Positions 1 to 12,788 of a stretch of DNA of 64,000 nucleotides are shown piece after piece. The notes beneath the pieces were generated by a model. It saw only the letters and a list, made by a program, of their open reading frames with translations, did no database searches and was not told the origin of the DNA. The stretch comes from Chrysomallon squamiferum (Eukaryota > Animalia > Mollusca), in the NCBI GenBank assembly GCA_012295275.1, contig CM022670.1, positions 21,576,001-21,640,000 on the forward strand. Direction: 5' to 3'. Made by a program: the position numbers and the translations under genes. Every line of letters starts with the position of its first letter. Position 1 is the stretch's first letter.

Positions 1-78
1 TAAAAATGAGACTGACAGTTAACGAAAACGTTTACATAAAATAACAATAATGATGATGATAAAGAAGATGATAAACCT

Positions 79-81
<3 letters not shown>

Positions 82-158
<77 letters not shown>
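82..158. repeat. (CT)n microsatellite, representative of the many simple repeats in the window ((AAT)n, (TAC)n, (CA)n, (TATC)n, (TATG)n, (AAAT)n)
   Basis: Direct reading. These repeats generate most of the low-complexity ORFs in the ORF track. Confidence 0.98.
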
Positions 159-161
<3 letters not shown>

Positions 162-420
162 CCATACACACATACAACTTTCATATTAATTATAATTACA
201 AAACCTACTACTGCTATCACCACAATTGCTACTACTGCTGCTACTTCTGCTGCTTCTATTACTACAACTATTCAGTCATACGTAAAATTATACGTAATAT
301 TTAAAGAGTATTGATACCACTTGGCAAAACGAAGATAAGATGTTATCAGAAGTATTTCGGAAGTGCAGTAATTCTGTTATCTGTTATCGTGACCTAATAA
401 ATTTCACAAAACCCGAAAAC

Positions 421-1883
421 ATGGTAAAACTGACTGAGAACAATTCTAACGAATCGCAAACAGAACCCAGATATAAACCCATTTTTTATTTGGGATTACT
501 TGTCCTTTTTCAAAGTGCCGTTTTTGTGCCTGTGACAATATGGCAGAAGAATTCTATGGAATATTATGTGGAAAAAATAGAGTCACATAAAGAGTTGTCT
601 CGCACTTTGGAAGTTTTGTGCGTAGAAAGACAAACGTCAGGTAAACCACATGTGAGTAGACTTTCTATTTATTTATTTATTTATTTATTTATATTATTAT
701 GTAGGCAGAATACATTTAAAATTTATTCATATACTAATATTTATTTGTGTGTCTATATATGTGTATGTGTGTGTGTATATATACACACACACACACGATT
801 GTAGATGGTTATATTAATACAAACATTCAAACTGTCTGTCTGTCTGGCTGTCTGTCTATCTATTTGTCTGTCTGTCTACTTACCTACCTACCTGCCTGTA
901 TGTATGTCAGCCTGTCAGTCTGTCAGTCTGTCTATCTATCTGTATATCTATTTCATTTACAGGGTTACGAGAGCCCAAGACATTATGGACATCATCACCA
1001 TGGCAAACGAAATTCACGGAGTGCAGTTGATATTCTGAGAGAGATTTTGTTGCAACAGGCATGGACGTGTAGATGTTTATAAATGCAGCTGGCATATTAT
1101 TTAAAGAAGATAGTTTACACCAGGAGGATGACTAAAACAACAACAACAAAAAATTATATTATACGTACAATTAAAAACTGAAATAACACCAGTATAAACA
1201 AACAAATATCTAATAAAACAACAACAAAGATAATAATAACAATAGCAGCAATAGCAGCATATACAGTAACAGCAACAGCTACCACAACAACAATACTCGT
1301 ACATGTAATAATAATAAAGTCAAACGAAAGAATATGTACAGTATATTTAAATATAACTTTTTGAAAAGTACGTTTATAATGCGAACATTAACAGACTCTA
1401 AAGACATTGCGCACACATTTACCACAAATAAAATAAGACAATTAATAGGCCATTTAGAAAACATGAACACTGACATTTGTCTAATTTTCTTGTGTACTCG
1501 TGATATTTTCAGGTGTTTTTTTTTTCTGATTTATTATTGTACGATCATACTTTATTGTTGCAAAGGTAATGTAAACAGCAGCGACAAACAACAACAAAGC
1601 ACACAAAACACACATACACTTAAAAAAACAAAACAAAACAACAACAACAGAAAATTAAGGTTAGAACCAAGTTTGGTTTAGAATTAGTCAAGGGTTAGAT
1701 GTAGAGTTAGGCAGGGTAGGACCAACGAGAGTTTATTTTAGTGTTATTTGGTTAATCGAAAATCTTAGGTATTTCTGCTATTTCACCTTCTTATTAACAG
1801 GAAAAGGTCATGGAACAAATTTGCATTCGAAGAGCTGATTTGTGTCAACCCGGTAAGAGGAGTTAATTAATTCCAATTAATAT

Positions 1884-1961
<78 letters not shown>

Positions 1962-3888
1962 GTAATAATAATAATAATAATAATTATTATTATTATTAGT
2001 AGTAGTAGTAGTAGTAAAATTAAAAATTAGGTAACAAAAAAGTAATAAATAACTGATTGATGTTCATATTCAGATTCAGTATTAGCTTTTATAATTTTAT
2101 TATTATAAATTAATGCTATTTATTATAAGATCAACTTTTTTGTTGTATACTTTAGGCCCCAAAGGCAACAAAGGTGACAAAGGACCAAAGGGTAATTTTT
2201 GGGTGTTTTTTTTATACATTTATTCTTCTCTGTTGCTTTTTCTCTTCCTTTTTCAGTTGTTGTTGCTTATAAAAAATAATAATAATAATAATAAAAAAAT
2301 AATAATACCAACAAACGTAATTAGTGACAGTAGTAACAATAATAATAATAATAATAAAAAAAGCCTTTAATTTTCACTTTTTTCTATCTACACAACAAGG
2401 TATCATTATTTTATCAAACACTGGCTTCTTTTTCACATCCCGTTTTAACCAGGACTCACTGGAGCAGTGGGGGACACGGGAACAGCGGGTCCACGAGGAG
2501 ACAATGGCGTTGCCGGGATACGTGGCGAACAAGGCGAGGCAGGACCAGTGGGCTATCAGGGAGAAAAGGGTGACCCAGGGGTGAGAGGGGTCACTGGAAC
2601 TAAAGGAGTACCAGGAGAGAAAGGAGAGATCGGGCTGAAGGTGATAGATAACCTGTATAAAGAAGCACTGAACGCTAATATCTGTAACAGATTTGCACAT
2701 ACATCTTAAAGTGGTTTAATTATAAAACGTATCTAATTCGTTTCCACAAAAAGTGTTAAGCAAATTAAACAAACCAGTTTAAGAAGAATCTGAGTGGAGT
2801 AATTAAAATTATTTTATTTTATATATAAACACACGCCAGTCGCTAAAACAAGTTTATCTGAAATAGTTTTAGTTATTTGAGTTGAATATAATAATAAAAC
2901 AGTTATGAACGAAGCCTTGAACTCTTGGTTGTGACGTGACTAACATGGATATCAGGTTTTAATGCTTATATTTTCATTTTAGCACAGAAAGTCATATCTA
3001 ACTCAGATATAATCTAATTTTTTTAAAAAGTAAATAAATTAAATTTCAGGGTGATACTGGTATACGTGGAGATAAAGGTGCAGTTGGTCAGAAGGGAGAC
3101 AAGGGTCTGGCCGGATTTGCTGGACCAGAAGGTCCGCGAGGTCAGTTCAATTAAGTGACTGCAGGCACATATTTGTATAAATATGTAAACAGTCGTCTTA
3201 CATGCCTTTTGAAAGGGTCCCGCACACCCACGTTTATTTTTCGCCACAGCCATTATCACTGTCGTTATATTGAATTCAAAAAGAATTTTTACTGGGCGCT
3301 CTTGCGTGTAATGTGTTTGTCGGCGGTCGTCAGTTTGTACATTCCGAATGACTGATTTATTTTCTTTCATCGTTTTCATTTACTTAACATTAGTTGCATC
3401 CTAAAACTTTTTATTATCACCTTTCCAAAAAAAAAATCTTACTAATAATATTATAGCAAATATTCTACAAATTATACTTAAAAAAAAAAAAATTATAAAT
3501 AGTAATGCAACTGTGACCACTTCAGCTGCAAATATTATTACTACTTCCAGCAACAGCAACAACTACTTCTTCTATTATTACAGTCATTACCACTACTACC
3601 ACAACTCGAATTATAATTTAGGAAAACGAAATTATTCAATCTGTTAAAACATTATTTTCTTCCTGCCGTATTCATTAATTCCTTACATTAAAGTACCTCA
3701 ACAGTTTCTACTGCTGCTCTACGAAATACTAGTGCATCTCTAATACAATTATTTCAGGTGACAAAGGTGATACTGGAAATCAAGGCCTAAAAGGAAATGC
3801 TGGACGAGACGGTATAAAGGGCGACATGGGTGTGACGGGACCGCCTGGAATAATACTGGATAACGACTGCTCGTGTTCAGGGATATAA
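421..3888 (+). CDS. Type II transmembrane short-chain collagen (MACIT-like architecture), 274 aa, 7 exons: 421-651, 963-1058, 1801-1852, 2156-2191, 2453-2640, 3050-3140, 3758-3888
   Basis: Exons sum to 825 nt with consistent phases. N-terminal hydrophobic segment IFYLGLLVLFQSAVFVPVTIW, then HYGHHHHG-KRNSR (furin-type RxxR), a Cys pair (CIRRADLC), about 45 uninterrupted Gly-X-Y triplets and the tail DNDCSCSGI*. Intron 2 requires a GC donor (CAG|GCATGG). Confidence 0.85.
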
Positions 3889-4454
3889 ATTATAATTATT
3901 TGTATTAAAGTGATCAAGGATGAAGTTTAGTTTGTTCTTTTTTGTTTCTTAGTCAAATTCACACACAAGCTAAACCATTATCTCGTTCGTGATTTTAAGT
4001 TCGCCGTTAGACTACATGCTATGTAGTATCAGTTGCAGCAGTTATTTAAAGGAGGGGCGGTTGTAACGTTATAATTCACTAAAATTGAAAGACAGTTTTA
4101 AAATATGATTTGTTATAATTATGCCAGATGCCAAATCTTGCACATAGTTTTCGGATCAATGAAATATATGTTTATATGTGACTTGCACATTATATTTTTT
4201 GAATCTAGATTTCATAATAGCCAGATTAAAGTTATTATTTCACTGGTGCATTACCTACGACGAATTATTAGGAAATAATTTTAACAATACAGCCAAAATA
4301 TTAACATATATTTTATTTATGTATCTCATACAAAACAAAAATATAAAAGTAACAAAAACAATTTAAATAGCACTTTCGAGTCTCAGATAACAATGTCAAC
4401 CAAACAATACAGTCTTTTCAACACTTATGTTTCCTAGGCAACGGAAACCAAATC

Positions 4455-4753
4455 TCAGCACCACGTGCATTTCACACCCTTGCGCGTGTAACACAGAAGT
4501 TCTGCTGACGTGGACAATCTTGTGAGCAAGCTTGATGACGTCTGTGTTGTCGTCGTTGTCTTAAGCAAGTGTTTCTTGACGGGCGAGAAAGAAGAGATAC
4601 CCATTCGTGGTTTTTTCATGGGGCTTGAGTCGACATCTTAAAAAAATAATAATAAAAAAGTAAATAAAAGTCACTATAATTATTATAGATGTTTTTATAT
4701 AAACAAAAGAGGTGCGTATGTATATTTATAAATAACATATTTTTTAACATTGA

Positions 4754-4803
<50 letters not shown>

Positions 4804-5526
4804 ACTGAACTATTGTTAAAAATAGGTGATCGTTAATATATATATAAAATAACTTAAAATGATTTAATTGGTGCTTAAGTGATCATTTAAATAAATAAAT
4901 ATATTATTACTACTGCTACTACTAATAAAAGCTAACAACAACAACAACAACACACACACACACACACACACAAATAATAAATAAATAAATAATAAAATAA
5001 ATAAACAAATTGATGCACGAATCTCACAAAACCTACCATTGTTAAGTTCGTTTGCTCTGCGGCGAAGATTTTCTCTTCTAAAACTCAGCTCCAAGTCTTT
5101 TCTCTGCATCCTGTGTTGTCTGCAAACTAATTTTTGTAAACGGTTTTCAAGTATTCTCTTTCTCAGGCTAATGTCTGACCTGTTCAGATTGCTTTGACTG
5201 TCGCTGAAATGAATATTTGAAATATTTATAATTTTAAAATACCACTGTTCCCAATAACATATTTATCTAGAATGAAATTAGAAACAACGTATTTCACAAA
5301 ATATTTAAAAAAATACTTTTTCTCATCGCATTATAAAAAAAAATATATTTTTAAATATATTTTATTTTATACTCTGAAAATATATTAAATATATTTACCT
5401 CAAATCGGAAGTTCTGGAATGTGTTTCGGAAATGAACTCATTTTTCAGAAGCCATGTCATCATATGCTTGGATTTATGGGTAACGGAAGTGCGTTGGGAG
5501 GAACTCACTATTGTGACGTCATTCAT
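4455..5526 (-). CDS. Uncharacterised 158-aa protein, paralog A; exons 5526-5399, 5203-5037, 4636-4455
   Basis: Canonical GT-AG introns, 477 nt in frame: MNDVTIVSSSQRTSVTHKSKHMMTWLLKNEFISE...DISLRKRILENRLQKL...LELSFRRENLRRRANEL...SSFSPVKK...KGVKCTWC*. Same exon structure and intron phases as the paralog at 9149-10125. Confidence 0.85.
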
Positions 5527-6153
5527 ATTGCTTTGACTAGTGTTTGTATATACTGAAATGAACAGTTCTCAACAGTAACTTGAAGTGTAATGATTAATTT
5601 CGATGGAAAATTTGTATTTTATAGTGAACACTTCTCATATTCTACAACAACATAGGTTATGGCCTCCAATTAATAAAGGATTATTGTTTGTTAAATCAAT
5701 CGCTGTTCAAAGATGCCGACAATATGTACAATCACAGGATTACTCACTACCTTATAACCCAATCACTGAATCAGGTATTCAGTAGGATTAAGTATTTTAT
5801 AGTATACGTCTTCTGATCTTTGATGTCCTCTACTGAAGTTAACAAGCAACAGTGGTATGCTTGTCTTTATTTCTGTTTTTCGTTTCAGTCTCTTAATTTA
5901 CTGTTTAAAAAATATATATATGTACATAAGATATTATAAAATATAAAACAAAAAAAAAAAAAAAAATATAAGATTATTTAACTATTTCAATGAAATAATT
6001 ATGCATATTATTACATGTATTTGTTATTATTGCTTTAACTTTCAGTTTATTTCAGGAGGCAGACTGGTGCTTTATTATAATATTAATGTATATTTATTTA
6101 CTTATTTGTTTCTTTCTTTGTTAATTAACGATTAATCATCATCATCATCATCA

Positions 6154-6211
<58 letters not shown>

Positions 6212-6621
6212 CTAATTCCATTAATTTAAATTTATTTCGTTCTGTAGTTACTCATTCTAAATGTTTATTTATATATTTATAATTTTTTTTTTATGGCTAG
6301 ATTGTTCTCGTGACTAGTAGGTATTTCTTTCGTAAAATCCCTGCATCATTGTTTGTTGTTGTATACAGGGTTAGGTTCTTTTCGGCTTAAAGCTGAATGT
6401 TAGATCATTTGAATAACAAAGATGTTTCCAGTTAAAAAAAAGTACGATAAAATATTTAATTTCCTTTTTTTTAAATATTTATTTCTGGATTTGTTTCTGT
6501 GATGATGAAATTAAACGCTTAAAGATTATTTGTATTTAGTATAATTGTCTTTCTAATTATTTTTATTATTTTAAATTAATTTATTTTTCTCATCATCATA
6601 TTCTTCTTCTTCTTCCTCTTA

Positions 6622-6694
<73 letters not shown>

Positions 6695-7447
6695 GCTACT
6701 ACTACTACTAATAATATGATGTTGATGATGATGTTGATAATGATGATGACCTCAATAATAACAGTAACAGTAGTAGTAGTAGTAACAGATGTAGTGGTGG
6801 TAGTAATAGTGGGAATAATAACAGTAGTAGTAGCAGTTGATATACCAATAAAGAATAATATAAAAAATGACCATGTCCATTTTAATAATGATTTATTTTA
6901 ATATAATAATAAATAATTTTATCGTTATTATATGTAGTAATTGTGCCTTTAATCGTGTTATTATTTTCGATCATAATTATGAATACGAACAAAGATTGGA
7001 AAAATGACCATGTCCGTTTTTGCTGGCTGATTTTTTTTAATGTCATACATCATTATTAGTAAGCGTCGATAATGGCAAGCAACTAAATTATCTTTCTGAA
7101 GTACATGTATGTATATAACGTATTTATAAAGTATTTAGACTGTTTGTTATCATAAACAAACCTTACCAAAGGGTGAATATACAGGATCAGTAAATGCGCA
7201 TAGCTAATAAATAATACCTTAACTTTTGAATATCAGCAAGCTTTATGCATAAACACATAATCATATCCGCTTGGTTTTACAGAAAAGCAGCTGTGATTCG
7301 TTTCAAAAGCGTTTTCTCATAGACAGAAATTTTTCCATGAAAAAAACAAAAAAAACAATCAACACAAAAAATAAAGAAAAAAGAAATGATCATCGACACA
7401 AATTTTGACAGGGATGAATAAAAACGAAAAATAAGTTGAACATGCAT

Positions 7448-7497
<50 letters not shown>

Positions 7498-7589
7498 TGT
7501 ATGTATGTATGTATGTATGTATGTATGTATGTATGTATGTATGTATGTATGTATATTAGTTTAGGATTTTGAATATTCTTTGTTTTATG

Positions 7590-7863
7590 TACAAGAATTG
7601 TTATTACTGAATTCAAAATGAAGTTCTTATTCCTTCCAACGGTTTTCTTATTTTGGAACATTAAGACCTCCCCATATTTAAATATCAAAAATAATAATAA
7701 TGACTAAAGCATTAACTATGTAACTGGCGGCATCTTTAAATTTCATCACTTTTAATCAAACCTATTTATAATTAAATTTACAAATATTGTCTGTCGGTAT
7801 CATCAATAACTTTAACAATCGATGTCTTATGATCAATTTAATTGTGTTTAACTAATATCGTTT
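7590..7863 (-). repeat. Inverted copy of non-coding sequence also found at 10611-10808 and, for its left part, at ~22270-22343 and ~34241-34313
   Basis: For example, 7724 ACTGGCGGCATCTTTAAATTTCATCACTTTTAATCAAACCTATTTATAATTAAATTTACAAA is the reverse complement of 10689-10750. Confidence 0.85.
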
Positions 7864-8487
7864 CTCTTATGATAGAAATTTATCAGATTTGGTTTATATA
7901 TATACATATGAAATTTTCTTAAACGTAAAGACGAGCACTTTGAATATGAGATATGTGTTCCGGTCAGGAATATTACCCTAGGTGACATTATCAAAATTAT
8001 TCTAAGACTGTTTATTAAGTGTGTAAAAAGACGACCTATTTATTATAGTGGACATCGCGTTCATATTCCTTGTTTTGATTTGTTTATGAAATAAAATAAA
8101 ATAAAATACAATTTAAAAATATAAATCTATTAATGAACATGCAGAAACAGGTGTATTGATGGTAAAGAGAGAAAACAAGCATAAAAGCAATATTCTCTGA
8201 AAAAAGAACCATTGTAATGTTTTGTGTTTGTCATACTCCGTTTTGTTTGCGCTATTAAAATCATTAAAATCAACGATTTCTTTTAATTTTTGATTTGTTA
8301 CATATATTTCAATCGCATAATTATCATATACTACTAATAAAGAAAGCAATGCCACTTCATGACATCATTTCATAGATAGATAGGTTAGCAATATCTTTGA
8401 TAGATTAGGTAACTTTGTTTTATTTGTCTAGAATTCAAAAGAAACAACACGTCTGTTTCTGTTCTTATGTTTCTAAATGCTGTTTCG

Positions 8488-8540
<53 letters not shown>

Positions 8541-8825
8541 AATATATGAACATATCGACATTGTAGATTATAAGTTACAAACATCTTAGCATTCCGTGAC
8601 AGTATGTATGTATGTAAGCATGTTTGTGTGTGTATGTTTAAATGTGTAGATGTATGTATGTTTGTATGAATAGATATGTACGTATGCATGCACTAAATAT
8701 ATGTGTTTGTGTGTGTGTGTGTGTGTGTAATTATTTTCAGTTTTATAGATCATAACGAAGATGGACATTTCAATGTATAACAGATGTTAAAAAAAATTAA
8801 AAATAATAAAACAAGATCTCGACAC

Positions 8826-8868
8826 GAGTTGAGGATCCCTTATCCGAAATTTCGAAAACTGAAATCTA
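8826..8868 (+). mobile_element. Isolated Tigger/pogo-type TIR fragment
   Basis: GTTGAGGATCCCTTATCCGAAATTT matches the reverse complement of the right TIR of the MITE at 34405-34736. Confidence 0.6.
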
Positions 8869-9148
8869 AATGTAGTGTATTTAAGTATAATTATGCAAAT
8901 ACTTACCTTTGAATATAACTATATTTATAAATATAATTAAAAATATGAATTCGTTCCTTTGTCTGTGTTTGTGTTTATTAAAAATTAACAAAACAGTATA
9001 AAGTAGGTATAATAATTTATTTTCACATCATGAACATTGATAAATAAATAACGATAAATATATCACAGTAATATATAAATATATATATATATATATATAC
9101 ATTAATCATAGAACAACGGATTTTTTGTTGTCTTCTTAAAATCAGAAA

Positions 9149-9422
9149 TTAACACCATGTGCATCTAACCCCATTGCGCATGTAAGATAGAATTTCCGGT
9201 CTCTTAGAAAACTTTGTGAGCAGAGTTGATGACGTCTGTGTTGTTGCTGTCGTCTTGGACTTATATTTCTTGACAGGTGAAAATGATGACAGACCTAGTC
9301 GTGGTTTTATTCCGGAGGACGCTGTAGTATCTATGAAAATAAAAAATGAAAATAACTTGTCTATTTTTTTGATACATATACATGAAATATAAGTAACATT
9401 TGTATGCCTGAAATTCACATTT

Positions 9423-9502
<80 letters not shown>

Positions 9503-9760
9503 GACACACACACACACATATATTTTATTTCTTAATTTTTTATATAATTAATGAAATAAACTATCAGTATGATGCTTAACTTACCATCGTCAAAGGAAAG
9601 CGCGTTAGCTTTACGTCGAATATTTTCCCGCCTGAAGGTTAGCTCAAGATTTTTGTTTTGTAAAGAACGTCGTCTCTTTGTCAGTTGTATCATTCGATTT
9701 TGCAGAACTCTTTTTCGTAGACTGATGTCTGACTGGTCAGAATTAGCGTGTGGCTTTCTA

Positions 9761-9859
<99 letters not shown>

Positions 9860-9926
9860 AATAAATAAATCAAAAGACAAAAAATAATTAAATATAATGA
9901 AATCTACAGCACCTGCTTTTGTTAAA

Positions 9927-9982
<56 letters not shown>

Positions 9983-10125
9983 TAATAATACCTGTATCGG
10001 TATTTGGATATTCTGGAATCATTTTCGGAAATAAACTCATTTTTAAGAAGCCAAGTCATCATATGCTCTGACTTGTGGGTAAAGGAATTAAGTCCAGACG
10101 TTCTAGCCATTGTGACGTCATTCAT
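9149..10125 (-). CDS. Uncharacterised 162-aa protein, paralog B; exons 10125-9992, 9757-9585, 9330-9149
   Basis: GT-AG introns, 489 nt in frame: MNDVTMARTSGLNSFTHKSEHMMTWLLKNEFISE...DISLRKRVLQNRMIQL...LELTFRRENIRRKANAL...SSFSPVKK...NGVRCTWC*. Clear homology to paralog A. Confidence 0.87.
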
Positions 10126-10610
10126 AATGCTTGTGGAGATTTCCAGAAAGTGGATAGTGAATCGTGTTCAGGAACTGTGTTTTGCAAAATATCCGAAGAG
10201 AAATGGTTTGTCTAATCAAGAGATAGTGTTTTATAGTGAACATTTGTCAGAGGAAACTAGTAATGCAGTATGGCCTCAGTGACATCAAACAAATACGATT
10301 AGCTAAGCCAAAAGAGCCACATTTGTTAGATCACTGACATGAAAGATCATTGCAAACATCAACAAAATCAAATTTAACAGATGTAAATGACTTTAATTTA
10401 ATTGTACATTAAAAATGCCGCCAGTCAGCAATGAAGCTAAATTCAGTTAATTTGTGTAATCAGTAAATGAGGTTAATTAAAGATACTGACTTTTAAAGGT
10501 AATTGCAATTCAGCTGAATCAAATTTGACAGATCAAAGAGATGTCCGTACCCTGGTGATGCCACCAATCAACAAGAAAACCAAATCTGATAAATCTCTGT
10601 CTTCGGATGA

Positions 10611-10808
10611 ACGATATTAGTTAAACACAATTATACTGATCGTAAAGACATCGATTGTTAAAGTTGTCGATGATGTCGACAGACAATGTTTGTAAATTTA
10701 ATTATAAATAGGTTTGATTAAAAGTGATGAAATTTAAAGATGCCGCCAGTTTCAAACCAAAACATGGTTAATGCTTTAGTCATTATTATTATTTTTGATA
10801 TTTAAATA
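10611..10808 (+). repeat. Right arm of the ~190-bp inverted repeat flanking paralog B
   Basis: Reverse complement of ~7675-7863. Confidence 0.85.
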
Positions 10809-11989
10809 CTGCTGCATTCAGATAAGCAGGAAATGATTAACAACAAACTTTAAAAAGAAGAAAAAATACTAATAGCTTAATCATTTCGGTCATTCAGTTT
10901 TGTTTGAACAAATGCATGAGAAGTTTGTTTGCAATAGAAAACACGAGGAAAGAGTTGGGGGCCTGTACGGATGTTTCTTTTTAGAGCTAAGTAGAATTTT
11001 TATTTATAAAATTAGCGATGTAACTGTTACTTAAAATTGGGAGGTCTTCCAAAATAAGGAGAAATTAGATTTGTTTGATTATATATATATAAATAGAATG
11101 ATAATATTTTAGCGATCCCTCAACGCTATTATATCAGTTGTAATTGTCTGTCTGTGTGTGTGTGAGAGAGACAGAGAGATTTTATGAGATCGGTAGAGAG
11201 CGGTTTTTTCGGTTATTTTCTATGCGTTTGAATTCGAATGTACAGCTCGAAGAATAACTTCATTAGTGATCTGTAGAAAAGAGGATAACCTTGCAGTACG
11301 TTCTCCATTCCTTATTATTAGTAACTTTAAAAAAAAAAAAAAAATAAAAAACCAAGTTAAAAAAGGAAAAAAAAAAACACAAAAAAACAATGATAATAAT
11401 AATTAATACAATTTTGCCCAAAAACAAATAAATAAAAAATACTCTGTTTATACCACTACAAAATAAAATAACAGCTCTTGAAACTCCTGCCCAGATGAAT
11501 ACACGAACAAATGAAAGCATGAACTGAGTTACCTTAGTCATCGTATTTACTCTGTAGCAGATAGTAATATTGTTGTACCACTGTCACCCTATTTATCTCT
11601 CGAACAAATAGCAATACACTGTTACCATAGACGCCTTTTTATTTGACGGAACGTGTTGAGCGCTTTTCTGAGTCAAGGAGAATACAAACAAAATATACTT
11701 AAGACTTATATGAATGTATATATCTTCGCCACATGCAGCAAGACCAGTGAAATATTTGAACTATAAGGCTGAAGGTCAACATGGGCTGAACTGTATGAGC
11801 ACAACAAGATTACTGAGTAAGAAATTTTATCTTCTGTATTACAATAAATAACATTTCTCATCGTTCATTGTTGCTGCTGTTTGAGGAGATATATTCTGCT
11901 CAGAAACCTCAGCTGATGTTCCTTTTTTCTTGTAAAAAAAAAAAAAAAAAAAAAAATAAAACTCACCCCCAACTAAATATATAAAAAAA

Positions 11990-12099
<110 letters not shown>

Positions 12100-12788
12100 T
12101 TTCACGACAACGACGTCAGTAAACAAAATTCTTAAATTAACTCAGTAACAAAAACTGCAATAATAATATAACAGAAAATAATTCAAACAATGGAAAAGAA
12201 AGAAATACAAATACAACATAACATCAACAGACAAACAAACAGCAACAACAAAAAAACAAAAAAACAAAAGAAAAGACTAAGAAGAATAAAACCCCATAAA
12301 ATTGAATAATAAATAAAAGAAAAAAATTAATAAAAAATAAATAACAACTACACATCAGACAAAACAATTTAAAAAGGTACAATTTAAATTAACATTTAAC
12401 AACAACAACATAGACAAAATAATAAAAATTATAAAATAAATAAACCCAACCTCAACAAATACAAAACTTTCACATATCAAACACAATAGAATCACATCGA
12501 AAGGTCACACAAAAAAAAAAGAAAAAAGAATCTGTCAACATCAAATACGCTTTGTAAAATAAAAATAGCTATCTCCTGTTGACTAAGCCTATTGAAAAAA
12601 AAAAAAAAAAATGATCCTGTAATGACCACATGACTAGGTACAGTATAAACACTATAAACCCAAGAACAAACTGAGTGAACGAATCTGTGGTGATTCATTC
12701 GTGACAACACAGTTCAGTGTTTACTTTACATCTTACACTGGTTACTCATTCTCGGCCATTCTACACTTCGACTTGCGGCTTTCACGTA

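Noticed and set aside
32-304. ORFs made of poly-ER, poly-LS, poly-I, poly-Y, CVCV or IYLS runs, here and throughout the window
   Set aside because: Translations of microsatellites with no splice or motif support.
340-420. Upstream in-frame ATG (340) for the collagen gene
   Set aside because: Cannot be excluded, but ATG 421 has a better context (AACATGG) and gives a typical short cytoplasmic tail.
12717-12788. GTG-initiated N-terminal extension of the lactamase ORFs
   Set aside because: Eukaryotic gene; the ATG at 12789 directly begins a signal peptide.
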